From: Rebecca billardiae RCC1528
Taxonomy: Eukaryota > Protista > Haptophyta
NCBI GenBank assembly: GCA_965240325.2
Contig: OZ251251.1
Span: 124,001-188,000 of the forward strand
DNA: 64,000 bases
Direction: 5' to 3'
Numbering within the stretch: position 1 is the first letter of the stretch; each line of letters opens with the position of its first letter. The position numbers were made by a program, and so were the translations under genes. The notes below the pieces were generated by a model, which ran no database searches, was not told the origin of the DNA, and saw nothing but the letters and a program-made list of their open reading frames with translations. Positions 43,988 to 54,779 of the stretch are shown here, in pieces.

Positions 43988-45478
43988 ATGGCCAGCACGG
44001 CACAGGCGCACGCGCGTCGCCTCGCGCTCGACGACCTGCCTCCCGAGGTGCTCAGCCGCATCATCTCGCCCCTTCCGCCGCGCGACCTCGCCAGCCTGAA
44101 CGCCACAGCGCGCCTCTTCCGCGCCGCGCCGCCCGGCGGGTGCTCGGCGGTCGAGCGCGCGCTGCGCGAGCGCGCGCGCGCGCGCGGGCACGAGCGCGCG
44201 CTGCCAGCGTCACTGCCCTCCGGAGTCTACACGTGGACGGAGGAGCTCTTCGTGCGCGAGCGCGTGCTCGCGCTCGCGCGCGCGCACGCATCTCCCGCTG
44301 CGGCCGGCAACGGCTTCAGCGCGTTTGTGGACGCGGAGGGCGGGCTGCACACGTGCGGCGAGGAGGAGGAGTGGGACGAGCGCTGGCGTCCGACAGGTGA
44401 GTACCGGCCGCACGTGGCCATCGGGCACGCGGAATGCCCCGAAGTGCGCGTGCCGACGCGCGTGCCCTCGCTCTCAGCGGTGCGCGTGCGTGCCGTTGCT
44501 GCGGGTGGGCTCCACCTGCTCGCGCTGAGCGAGGCGGGCGCCGTGTACGGCTGCGGCCGCAACGGATACGGCCAGCTGGGGCTCGGGGACACGGAGGAGC
44601 GGCGTTCGTTTGCTCCCGTCATGGCTCTGCACGATGCAGTCGTCGTGGGCGTCATGGCCGGTGGGCACCACAGTCTCGCGCTCACAGCCGCTGGGTGCGC
44701 GTACAGCTGGGGCGACAACGAGTGGGGCCAGCTCGGCCACGGCGACACGGAGGACCTGCTGGAGCCGACACGCATCGAGGCACTTGACGGCGTGCGTATC
44801 GGTGGCGTAGCCGCCGGGGCTTTGCACTCGCTGTTTGTATCTGCTGGCGGCACCGTCTACTCATGCGGCTATGGCTCCGAAGGCCGGCTCGGCCACGGTG
44901 ACGAGCAGCATCAGCACACGCCGAGGCGCACCGAGGCGCTCGCTGGCGTGCGCGCCGTGCACGTGAGCGCGGGCTTCACGCACAGCCTGGTGGTGGACGC
45001 AGCGGGTAGCGTGCACTCCTTCGGAGAAGGGTCTTTTGGCTGTCTTGGGCACGGCGATTGCGCTCGATGGTTCGCGCCGGCGCGCATTGAGGCCCTGGTT
45101 GGCGTCACGGCCGTGCGTGCGTGCGCTGGTGATTGCGGCAGCGCTGTGCTGGGTGCGGACGGCAGCGTGCACACGTTCGGGGACAACAGCAACAGTCAGC
45201 TGGGGCACGAGGGTGCGGACACCTTTGTTGAGCCGCCCGAGCGTGTGCACGCGCTTGCGCACGCGCATGTCACTCGCTGTTCGCTCACCAGTGACCACGC
45301 GCTGTACGTCACTGCGGACGGCAGCGTGCTCTCGTGCGGCCGGCGGTCGGCCGCGCTCGGCCACGGTGTGAGGCTGAGCGAGGCAGACTACGCGTTTGCG
45401 GAGGTGAACGAGGGATGGTGGGCGCCCACGCGCATCAAGCGGCTGCCGCGTTTGCACGGGGCGGCCGGCTTGGCGTGA
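43988..45478 (+). CDS. F-box + RCC1-repeat protein, cluster 2 copy B
   Basis: F-box-like LDDLPPEVLSRIISPLPPRDLASL followed by RCC1 blades. Confidence 0.9.
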   Translation: MASTAQAHARRLALDDLPPEVLSRIISPLPPRDLASLNATARLFRAAPPGGCSAVERALRERARARGHERALPASLPSGVYTWTEELFVRERVLALARAHASPAAAGNGFSAFVDAEGGLHTCGEEEEWDERWRPTGEYRPHVAIGHAECPEVRVPTRVPSLSAVRVRAVAAGGLHLLALSEAGAVYGCGRNGYGQLGLGDTEERRSFAPVMALHDAVVVGVMAGGHHSLALTAAGCAYSWGDNEWGQLGHGDTEDLLEPTRIEALDGVRIGGVAAGALHSLFVSAGGTVYSCGYGSEGRLGHGDEQHQHTPRRTEALAGVRAVHVSAGFTHSLVVDAAGSVHSFGEGSFGCLGHGDCARWFAPARIEALVGVTAVRACAGDCGSAVLGADGSVHTFGDNSNSQLGHEGADTFVEPPERVHALAHAHVTRCSLTSDHALYVTADGSVLSCGRRSAALGHGVRLSEADYAFAEVNEGWWAPTRIKRLPRLHGAAGLA

Positions 45479-45769
45479 GCGCTGCATGTGCGACGCGTCG
45501 GCTGCTGCGGCTCTGCGTGAGAAGCTGTTATACACCGACAGAACTCCGTACAATAGTTAAGTAGAAGTCCGAGGCTGAGAGTGAGTGCTGAGGCCCGCCT
45601 GAACCGCCCGCCCACGGCGTGCGTGCGGCCGGTACCGTGCCGCTCCCCTCCGCCGCTTGCTGGCTCCGGACCCTTCCCTTCCGCTTCCGGCTCCGGTCTC
45701 CGGAAGACGGTTGGCGCTTGCGGGGGGGGCGGAGCCGCGGAGGCGCACCGCGCTACTGGTACGAGCGCG

Positions 45770-47281
45770 ATGGCCAGCACGGCACAGGCGCACGCGCGTC
45801 GCCTCGCGCTCGACGACCTGCCTCCCGAGGTGCTCGGCCGCATCATCTCGCCCCTTCCGCCGCGCGACCTTGCCAGCCTGAACGCCACAGCGCGCCTCTT
45901 CCGCGCCGCGCCGCCCGGCGGGTGCTCGGCGGTCGAGCGCGCGCTGCGCGAGCGCGCGCGCGCGCGCGGGCACGAGCGCGCGCTGCCGGCGTCACGACCC
46001 GCCGGAGTCTACGCGTGGGCGGAGGAGCTGTTCGTGCGCGAGCGCGTGCTCGAGCTCGCGCGCGCGCACGCATCTCCCGCTGCGGCCGGCAACGACTTCA
46101 GCGCGTTTGTGGACTCGGATGGCGGGCTGCACACGTGCGGCGAGGAGGAGGAGTGGGACGAGCACGGGCGGCGGACGGGTGAGTACCGGACGCACGCGGC
46201 CATCGGGCACGTGGAAAGCCCCGAAGTGTGCGTGCCCACGCACGTCACCTCGCTGGGTGCTCTGCGCGTTGCTGCGGTGGCCGCTGGCTACGTCCACCTG
46301 CTCGCGCTGAGCGAGGCGGGCGCAGTGTACGGCTGCGGCGGCAACGGCTACGGCCAGCTGGGGCTCGGGGACAAGGAGGAGCGGCGTTCGTTTGCTCTCG
46401 TCAGGGCTCTGAACGATGCAGTCGTCGTGGGCGTTGTGGCCGGTGGGTACCACAGCCTCGCGCTCACCGCCGCTGGGTGCGCGTACAGCTGGGGCCCCAA
46501 CGGCTATGGCCAGCTCGGCCACGGCGACGCGAAGGACCGGCTGGAGCCGACGCGCATCGAGGCGCTGGATGGCGTGCGCATCGGTGGCGTAGCCGCTGGG
46601 GATACGCACCTGCTGTTTGTATCTGCTGACGGCACTGCCTACTCGTGCGGGCGTGGCTCCGAAGGCCGGCTTGGCCACGGCGACGAGCAGGATCAGCACA
46701 CGCCAAGGCGCGTCGAGGCGCTCACGGGTGTGCGCGCCGTGCACGTGAGCGCGGGCGACGCGCACAGCCTGGTGGTGGACGCGGCGGGTGGCGTGCACTC
46801 CTTCGGAGATGGGTCTTTTGGCTGTCTTGGGCACGGCGATTATTATTGCGCACGATGGTTCGCGCCGGCGCGCATTGAGGCCCTGGTTGGCGTCACGGCC
46901 GTGTGTGCGTGCGCTGGTCGTTACGGCAGCGCTGTGCTGGGTGCGGACGGCAGCGTGCACACGTTCGGGGACAACGAATATCGCCAGCTGGGGCTCGATG
47001 GCTTTGCCGCCTTTGATCTGCCCGAGCGTGTGCACGCGCTTGCGCACGCGCACGTCACGCGCTGTTCGCTCAGCACTGACCACGCGCTGTACGTCACGGC
47101 GGATGGCCGCGTGCTCTCGTGCGGCCCGCGGTCAGCAGCGCTCGGCCACGGCGTGAGCGTGGCAGACACTGTGGAGTTTGCCGGGGCGGGCTTGGATTAC
47201 GCGCTGAGGGCCGCGCCCGTGCGCATCCGGTGCATCGAGCGGCTGCCGCGTCTGCACGGGGCGGCCGGCTGCTCGGCGTGA
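45770..47281 (+). CDS. F-box + RCC1-repeat protein, cluster 2 copy C
   Basis: Same start context and architecture as copy B. Confidence 0.9.
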   Translation: MASTAQAHARRLALDDLPPEVLGRIISPLPPRDLASLNATARLFRAAPPGGCSAVERALRERARARGHERALPASRPAGVYAWAEELFVRERVLELARAHASPAAAGNDFSAFVDSDGGLHTCGEEEEWDEHGRRTGEYRTHAAIGHVESPEVCVPTHVTSLGALRVAAVAAGYVHLLALSEAGAVYGCGGNGYGQLGLGDKEERRSFALVRALNDAVVVGVVAGGYHSLALTAAGCAYSWGPNGYGQLGHGDAKDRLEPTRIEALDGVRIGGVAAGDTHLLFVSADGTAYSCGRGSEGRLGHGDEQDQHTPRRVEALTGVRAVHVSAGDAHSLVVDAAGGVHSFGDGSFGCLGHGDYYCARWFAPARIEALVGVTAVCACAGRYGSAVLGADGSVHTFGDNEYRQLGLDGFAAFDLPERVHALAHAHVTRCSLSTDHALYVTADGRVLSCGPRSAALGHGVSVADTVEFAGAGLDYALRAAPVRIRCIERLPRLHGAAGCSA

Positions 47282-47642
47282 CGCGCCATGTGCGTCAGCT
47301 GCTGACGATTCGCTGTGATGTGCCGCAGTGTTGAACCAACAGGCGGCAACAGAACGCCGTGCACTAGCTAGATCTGCTACAGTAGATGCCTGAGGTGAGG
47401 CTGACAGTGAACATACTGACGAGGTCCGCCTGCCGTCGCGACCACCCTCGCGCCCACCCACGGCGAGCGGGTGCGGGGTGGCCGGTGGGCGGGAGTCGTG
47501 GGCACGCCGCTCCGCCGCGTGCGCTGCTTCCGGCCTGACTCGTCCGGAACACGGTTGGCGGCTTGGCGCTCGTCTGCCCGTGTTCAGTGTGATGGGGCGG
47601 AGGCGCACCCCCAGCGCGCACCCCGAGCGCGAGCCGCGAGCG

Positions 47643-49143
47643 ATGGCCAGCACGGCACAGGCGCACGCGCGTCGCCTCACGCTCGACGACCTGCCTCCCG
47701 AGGTGCTCGGCCGCATCATTTCACTCCTACACCCGCGCGACCTCGCCAGCCTGAACGCCACAGCGCGCCTCTTCCGCGCCGCGCCGCCCGGCGGGTGCTC
47801 GGCGGTCGAGCGCGCGCTGCGCGAGCGCGCGCGCGCGCGCGGGCACGAGCGCGCGCTGCCGGCGTCACTACCCGCCGGCGTCTACACGTGGGTGGAGGAG
47901 CTGTTCGTGCGTGAGCGCGTGCTCGAGCTCGCGCGTGCGCACGCATCTCCCGCTGCGGCCGGCAACGGCTTCAGCGCGTTTGTGGACGCGGATGGCGGGC
48001 TGCACACGTGCGGCGAGGAGGCGGTGCGGGATGAGCACTGGCAGCCGACAGGTGAGTACCGGGCGCGCGCGGCCATCGGGCACGCGGAAAGCACCGAAAT
48101 GCGCGTGCCTACGCGTGTCACCTCGCTGGGTGCTCTGCGCGTTGCTGCGGTGGCGGCCGGATGGGCCCGCCTGCTCGCGCTGAGCGAGGCGGGCGCCGTG
48201 TACGCGTGCGGCACCAACAACTACGCCCAGCTGGGGCTGGGCGACACGGAGGAGCGGCGTTCGTTTGCTCCCGTCAGGGCTCTGCACGATGCAGTCGTCG
48301 TGGGCGTTGTAGCCGGTGGGCACCACAGTCTCGCGCTCACCGCCGACGGCCGTGTGTACAGCTGGGGCCGCAACTGGTCCGGCCAGCTCGGCCACGGCGA
48401 CACTGAGCACCGGCTGGAGCCGACACGCATCGAGGCGCTTGACGGCGTGCGTATCGGTGGCGTAGCCGCCGGGTTTCTGCACTCGCTGTTTGTATCTGCT
48501 GGCGGCACTGTCTACGCGTGCGGCTGGGGCTCTTCTGGCCAGCTCGGCCACGGCGACGAGCAGGAGCAGCACACGCCGAGGCGCATCGAGGCGCTCACTG
48601 GCGTGCGCATTGTGCACGTAAGCGCGGGCTACCACCACAGCCTGGTGGTGGACGCAGCGAGCAGCGTGCATTCCTTCGTCCTTCGGAGAAGGGCATTCTG
48701 GACATCTTGGGCACGGCGATCGCTCTCGACTGTTGGTGCCCGCGCGCATCGAGGCCCTGGCTGGTGTCACGGCTGTGCGTGCGTGCGCTGGCTCAGGCTG
48801 CAGCGCGGTGCTGGGCGCGGACGGCAGCGTACACACGTTCGGGGACAACAGCGGCGGCCAGCTGGGGCACGAGGGCGCTGACACCTTTGTGCTGCCCACG
48901 CGTGTGCACGCGCTTGCGCACGCGCACGTCACGCGCTGTTCGCTCAGCACTGACCACGCGCTGTACGTCACGGCGGACGGCTGCGTGCTCTCGTGCGGCC
49001 AGCGGTCAGCAGCGCTCGGCCACGGCGTGAGCGAGGCAGACACCGTGGAACCTGCCGGGGCGGGCGGGGAACTCGCGCTGAGGGCCGCGCCTGTGCGCAT
49101 CCGGTGCATCGAGCGGCTGCCGCACTGTGCACGGGGCGGCTGA
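47643..49143 (+). pseudogene. F-box-RCC1 copy D, frameshifted by a 7-bp duplication
   Basis: TCCTTCG duplicated at 48672-48685; removing one copy restores a continuous ORF to 49143. Confidence 0.85.
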
Positions 49144-49452
49144 CTCGGCGTGAGCGCTGCTGCTGCTGTGCGCATTCAGCTGCTAGACGCGGCCGTCGGT
49201 GGACCGTGCGGCGCTGCCGTGTTTCCCAAGAGGCAAGAGGCACGCAAGATCGAAGGCGAAGCGCTGACGACGATGCGTGCGCATGATCAGCAGATAGCGC
49301 CGCCTTGCATGATGCTGACTGATGAGCAGATGATCGAATGCCATGATGAGCTGCCCGTCGCCCCACGCACCGTTTGGCGCGAGTGAATCTCCATCACGGG
49401 ATCGGAGTCTGGCAGTTACTCACTATTCACTAACAACAGCAGTTATATAGCA

Positions 49453-49453
<1 letters not shown>

Positions 49454-49485
<32 letters not shown>
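49454..49485. repeat. (TA)n microsatellite
   Basis: Directly visible. Confidence 0.95.
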
Positions 49486-49488
<3 letters not shown>

Positions 49489-49708
49489 ACTATAGTCGCT
49501 CATCACGACTGCTCGCGCTCTAATTAAATTAATTATATTTTTAAAAGGAATCAAGCTATAACTCTAATAATATAAGGTCAACTAATCTTCCTAGCAGACT
49601 ACTACTACTACGGCTGTACCGCCCCATACTCATGATGCACGTACCCATCACTTCTTACTGGTACCCCAAACCGAGGCAGAAGTACCGCGTACAGTTTACT
49701 ATGTTTTA

Positions 49709-52700
49709 CACAGTGCAGGATTGGAATTTTCCGTGACGCTTCGGACGGTCCGCAGCTCGAGTCAGCGAATCCGGTCTCGGCCGGACAGTGGAACTCGGGT
49801 GGAAGCCGCGACTTCGCGGCGGACGGAGCAAAGGAATCAAGGGGGTAGGACGGAAACGAGACTCCCGGACTCCCCCAGCCGCTGGGGGGCCGTGTTTCGA
49901 TCCGGTGCTGAGGTTGGAGCGCCCGGCGTCTCGAAGGCGCCCACCTGGCGCCCCTCCCCGAACCGACCCCCGCCGCCCGGCGGCGTCCTGCTGGGCGCAC
50001 GAGCGCGCGCTGGCCGCTGGCGTGAAGCCGAGGTGGAGCCAACTCGTCCTTCAGCTCGCAGGCGGCCCGGCTCCTGCGACCGACCGCCCTGCGCGCGCAT
50101 CCGCCTGCCTGCTTTGGTGCGGAGGCAAACCCGCACGACCCAGCCCGCCGCCGCCACGCGGCAGCCAGTCGGGGTGTCGTGTCGCGATTTGCGGGTGCGC
50201 ACCCCGCGGGGCAGGTGGCACTGCCCCGCCCGGTCGCTTCCGATCAACGAAATTCCCTCGCAAGCGCCCGCGAACGTGGATCCTCGCCGCGGGCTCGCCA
50301 GGGCCCATGTGCGCGCCCGGGTGCCCCGGTCGAGCCAGTCTGGTGCGAGCACCGAACGATGGTGCGGGCCGGAAGGCGTGGTGCGCGACGTCACCGAGGC
50401 TGCGGGCCAGCTAGGCACCGCTTGCGCGCCTACCAGTAGCCTGTGGGCCGACCACGCGTTCAACCGTGCACCCGATGGCAGTCACGGTGCTCTGCGGCTG
50501 GAGCGCGCTGTGCGCTCAGGCGCGAGCGGCCGCCAAGTTGCCGGGTAGACGCGGTGCGCACGCTATGGCAGCTGCGGATCAGCGTCGCGCGAAGCTCTGC
50601 TGCCCCCACCTGAATGCTCGCAGCACCCACCACACGGCCAGCCGGCCGCGCGCGCCGCGCGGCCACCTCATTCGCGCACAGGATCAGCTTCATTCAGAGG
50701 CGTCACAGCCGGCCGTACAACCGACAACACGTAGCCTTCTAGCGCGCGGTAGATCATCATCGACTTGAGCTTGTTCGTCCGTTCCCTCTCCGGTCTCCCG
50801 GACGTGGTGTGGCTATGAAAAAGAGCTCGAGAGTGCGCAGATGTTACGGCGCTTTCTCGCGCCGTGACTTCGAGTCTCACGTTGAGCACACAGTACAATA
50901 TCCCAAGGCTCGCAGTCGTCGGGTGAGGTGGCCGCGCGGCGCGCGCGGCCGGCTGGCCGTGTGGTGGGTGCTGCGAGCATTCAGGTGGGGGCAGCAGAGC
51001 TTCGCGCGACGCTGATCCGCAGCTGCCATAGCGTGCGCACCGCGTCTACCCGGCAACTTGGCGGCCGCTCGCGCCTGAGCGCACAGCGCGCTCCAGCCGC
51101 AGAGCACCGTGACTGCCATCGGGTGCACGGTTGAACGCGTGGTCGGCCCACAGGCTACTGGTAGGCGCGCAAGCGGTGCCTAGCTGGCCCGCAGCCTCGG
51201 TGACGCCGCGCACCACGCCTTCCGGCCCGCACCATCGTTCGGTGCTCGCACCAGACTGGCTCGACCGGGGCACCCGGGCGCGCACATGGGCCCTGGCGAG
51301 CCCGCGGCGAGGATCCACGTTCGCGGGCGCTTGCGAGGGAATTTCGTTGATCGGAAGCGACCGGGCGGGGCAGTGCCACCTGCCCCGCGGGGTGCGCACC
51401 CGCAAATCGCGACACGACACCCCGACTGGCTGCCGCGTGGCGGCGGCGGGCTGGGTCGTGCGGGTTTGCCTCCGCACCAAAGCAGGCAGGCGGATGCGCG
51501 CGCAGGGCGGTCGGTCGCAGGAGCCGGGCCGCCTGCGAGCTGAAGGACGAGTTGGCTCCACCTCGGCTTCACGCCAGCGGCCAGCTCGCGCTCGTGCGCC
51601 CAGCAGGACGCCGCCGGGCGGCGGGGGTCGGTTCGGGGAGGGGCGCCAGGTGGGCGCCTTCGAGACGCCGGGCGCTCCAACCTCAGCACCGGATCGAAAC
51701 ACGGCCCCCCAGCGGCTGGGGGAGTCCGGGAGTCTCGTTTCCGTCCTACCCCCTTGATTCCTTTGGACGGAGCCTCAAACGAGCGGTGCCTCGGCTCGCG
51801 GCGCGATCTACTCGGCGAAGACCGACGAGGCTGCTCGCGGGCCCGACTATGCGTCGACGCGGGCTGGGGTCGTCTTCCGCGTGGCGCTGGGCAAGTTCCT
51901 CGCCGCCCTGACGGGTGCTCTCCTTTCGCCCTCACGGCGCGCGCGGTGCGTTTCGCGAGCTTCTTGCATGCACCGCCCGCGGTTGCGCCCGAGCCTGATG
52001 CTTCAGTCGACACGGCAGGTGGCTCGCGCAGGGTGGGATTGTGTGCGGGTGCCGCTGGCGGTGCGTCTCACCCTCCTGAAATTGTGTGGGAGGCTGTGAC
52101 ATTGCACGCGTACACCCCGCCACGCCCGCGGCCCGCCCGCGCAAACGCCGCGCCGCGCAGTTGTCTTTGACCTCGAGCGAGCCTGAGGCGTGGAGGCGAC
52201 CGACGGCGGGGTGCGACTTGCCCACCGACCCGAGCCGCATCACCCAGCGCAGCCTCGCCCGCGACGACGCTTCGCCTGGCTGCCACTGCTCAGCCGCGTG
52301 CAAGGCGGGCTGGGCGACGTCTTTGCCCGAGCGCGGCTGCAGCGCAGCACGCGAGAGGCTGGAGCGCCATGACGCGGATGGCGGAGCGGGCTTTGGGCTG
52401 GCTGGCATGAGCCGCCAGGCTGTACCGTCCGCGCAGATCGCGCTCGGCCCGGCCGCAGCCCTCCTGAGCGCGCGCCTCAGAGCTGAGACTGATCACGTGC
52501 ACGCGCACAAGCCACACTGCCGTGGCTGTGTCGAGCAGCTGCGTGTGCTCGAGGCGCGGCGCTCGCACGGGCCACGCGGGCGCAGCGGGTGCGCGTAGCT
52601 GGCGCACGCAGTGCCACGTCCTGCCGCGCCAGTTTGGCGGCCGTCCGCCCCCCCGAGCTCGAGTTCTGCGCGCTTTGCGACGGCGCGGCCGGCCGCGCCC

Positions 52701-54286
52701 ATCTTCATGCTTGGGCACGCCAGCATGGCCGCCGCCGGGCCTGCTGCGCGCGCCGAAGCTGGAGGGCGGAGGAGGGCGCTGGGCTGCTCCTACGGCGTGC
52801 TGCAGCCCGGGCAGGCTTTTCCGCGGCGCGGCGAGGCCGTCGCGCCTGCTCGCCGCCGTCGAGTCGCCCGTGCTGAGTGACCGTCGGCCGCATGTGCTCG
52901 GCGGCACCGCAGGCAGGCGTCCCATACCAGTGTGCTCGAGCCGCTGCGCGCACCCAAGGCGAGCTGCTCGAGCGGGCTAGGTGGGCCCACGGAGTGCGCG
53001 CAGCTGGCGCACGCAGCCCCGCGTCATGGGGTGTCGGTTTGACGGTCGCCAGCCCCCGTGGGCTCGAGCTCTGTGCGCTTCACCACAGAGGTGCCGACGG
53101 CGCCCCGCGGCGCGCAACGGCGTGGCAGCATGGCCGCCGCCGGCGCCGCCGCACATGCCGCCGCTTACGGGCAGTCGAGAGCTTGGGGCAGCACCTACGG
53201 CATGCTGCAGCTCGGGCGGGCTCTGCCAGCCTGCTGTGGCGTGATCGCGCATTTTCCAGACCGTCGACTCGCCCGCGCTGCATATTTGTTTGCTGCGCGT
53301 GCTCGACGGCGCCGCTGCTGCCGCTACGGCCGCGCGTTGCTGCGTCGCGAGCGAGCCCGATGCGAGCTGAACGGCGGCGTGCTCATCGCTGCTGGCGCAG
53401 ATGGGCGCGTCATGGTGGCCACGCACGATGCTGAGTGCTCGCGCGTGCCAGACGAGGCGCGTGCTCGCGCTGTGGCTCAATGTCCGGCAGTGCGCGTGGC
53501 AGGCCGCAGCTGCTCGACAACAGAACCAGCGGGCAGTGATCGGGCTGCGCGCGCGCAGCTGATGGCGGCGAACGAGCGAGCCCGCACCGCCGCGCAAGGG
53601 CTGGGCGACTGGCGCCGAGGTGGCGCGCACGTCGTCCGCTGCCGTTGGCATCGCGGCGGACGCTTCAAGCTCGTTCGGCCGGCGTGTTTTCTCCGACGCC
53701 CACCTGCGAGCGCTGCCGGCACCGTGCTCGGGCGTCAGTATCGGTGGGCTCGAGCACGCGTGGTGAGGCGCTCGGAGCGGTCGACGGCCATGATCGGGCA
53801 GCGCACGGTGGGCGCAGGCCACGCGCACGCCAGCGCCCCGCGTGGCGTGGCTTCACGGGGCGCAGCCACCAGGAGACTGTGCTGCGACGAGCTCGGGCGC
53901 GCTCGGGCGCCGCTGCTCTGCATTTTCCCGAAAAATCGGTTTTCGTGCCCTCGACCGGCGGTATGCCGCCGGGGTGGCCGCAGCTGCGCTCGGAGCAGCG
54001 CGCACGGGCACCGCCGTGTGCGCCCGCCCGCTTTCGCCGCCGCCGAGCTCGAGCACAGCGCTGCGCGGGGCTGCGTAATGCCAGCGGCGCATGATTTTTT
54101 GCCCGCGCCGAGCGCGCGTCGGCGCGCGCAGCGCGCTCAGGTGTGGCCTGCTACCAAGGTCTGTGCCACGATTCGACGCGCCTATGGTGCGCCGAATTTA
54201 GGCGCACCGCTTCAGAATTGTCCGATGATTCGACTAGTGGTGCGGACAACTTAAAACGTCACCCTGAGCAGTTTTCCGGCACTGTG
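49709..54286. mobile_element. Non-autonomous DNA transposon E2 with perfect CACAGTG termini and TA TSD
   Basis: Left TA|CACAGTGCAGGA-N12-GTGACGCTT; right (rc) TA|CACAGTGCCGGA-N12-GTGACGTTT. A paralogous empty site lies at 55742-55793. Confidence 0.8.
49829..51765. mobile_element. Foldback element with 842-bp TIRs, nested in E2
   Basis: Arms 49829-50670 and 50924-51765 (I found two substitutions); 253-bp spacer; direct repeat GACGGAG on both flanks. Confidence 0.92.
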
Positions 54287-54591
54287 TAACGTGCACACTT
54301 GGTTAAGGCGTAGTGATTGACGCCATCCAACACGTACTGCACAAAGACACCAGGTTAAAATTCCCCTTTATAACTGGCTCCGGGTGACACGACAGACCGG
54401 GTGATCAGGCTGGCGGCCGAAGCCTCCAGCCCTACCCTGGCCAGCCCCCAACCAACCACCACCCTCACCCAACCTCAAACCACTGACCGAGACACCCGTA
54501 GTGTCTTGACACCACTCCACTATGGACAGCCCGCCCGCCACAAAACAGACCGGCGCAACAGTACTGGCCAGTCAATACGGTTTGGCGCTTT

Positions 54592-54779
54592 TCGGCCAAC
54601 TCAACAGAAGGATGTTCTGTTGAGTTGGCCGATCGGCGAGGGGGGGGGGTGGGCTCGACAACAGGGCCCAGGCTCTGTTGAGTTGAGCTTGGAGGCCAGC
54701 TGGACTCGACAGAAGAATGCTCTGTTGAGTCGGTCGGACGTTGGCGGCCTCTCGACAGAGCCCTGGTCTGTTGAGTTGA
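54592..54779. repeat. Array of four related hairpins
   Basis: Perfect 18-bp stem at 54592-54632; CTGTTGAGT recurs at 54617, 54675, 54722 and 54768, each preceded by an approximate complement. Confidence 0.75.

Noticed and set aside
43298-45478. 726-aa RCC1 ORF as a single gene
   Set aside because: It is a chance in-frame read-through from broken copy A across intergenic DNA into copy B (ATG at 43988).
54592-54779. CRISPR array
   Set aside because: Units are imperfect, spacing is irregular, there are no cas genes, and the context is eukaryotic.
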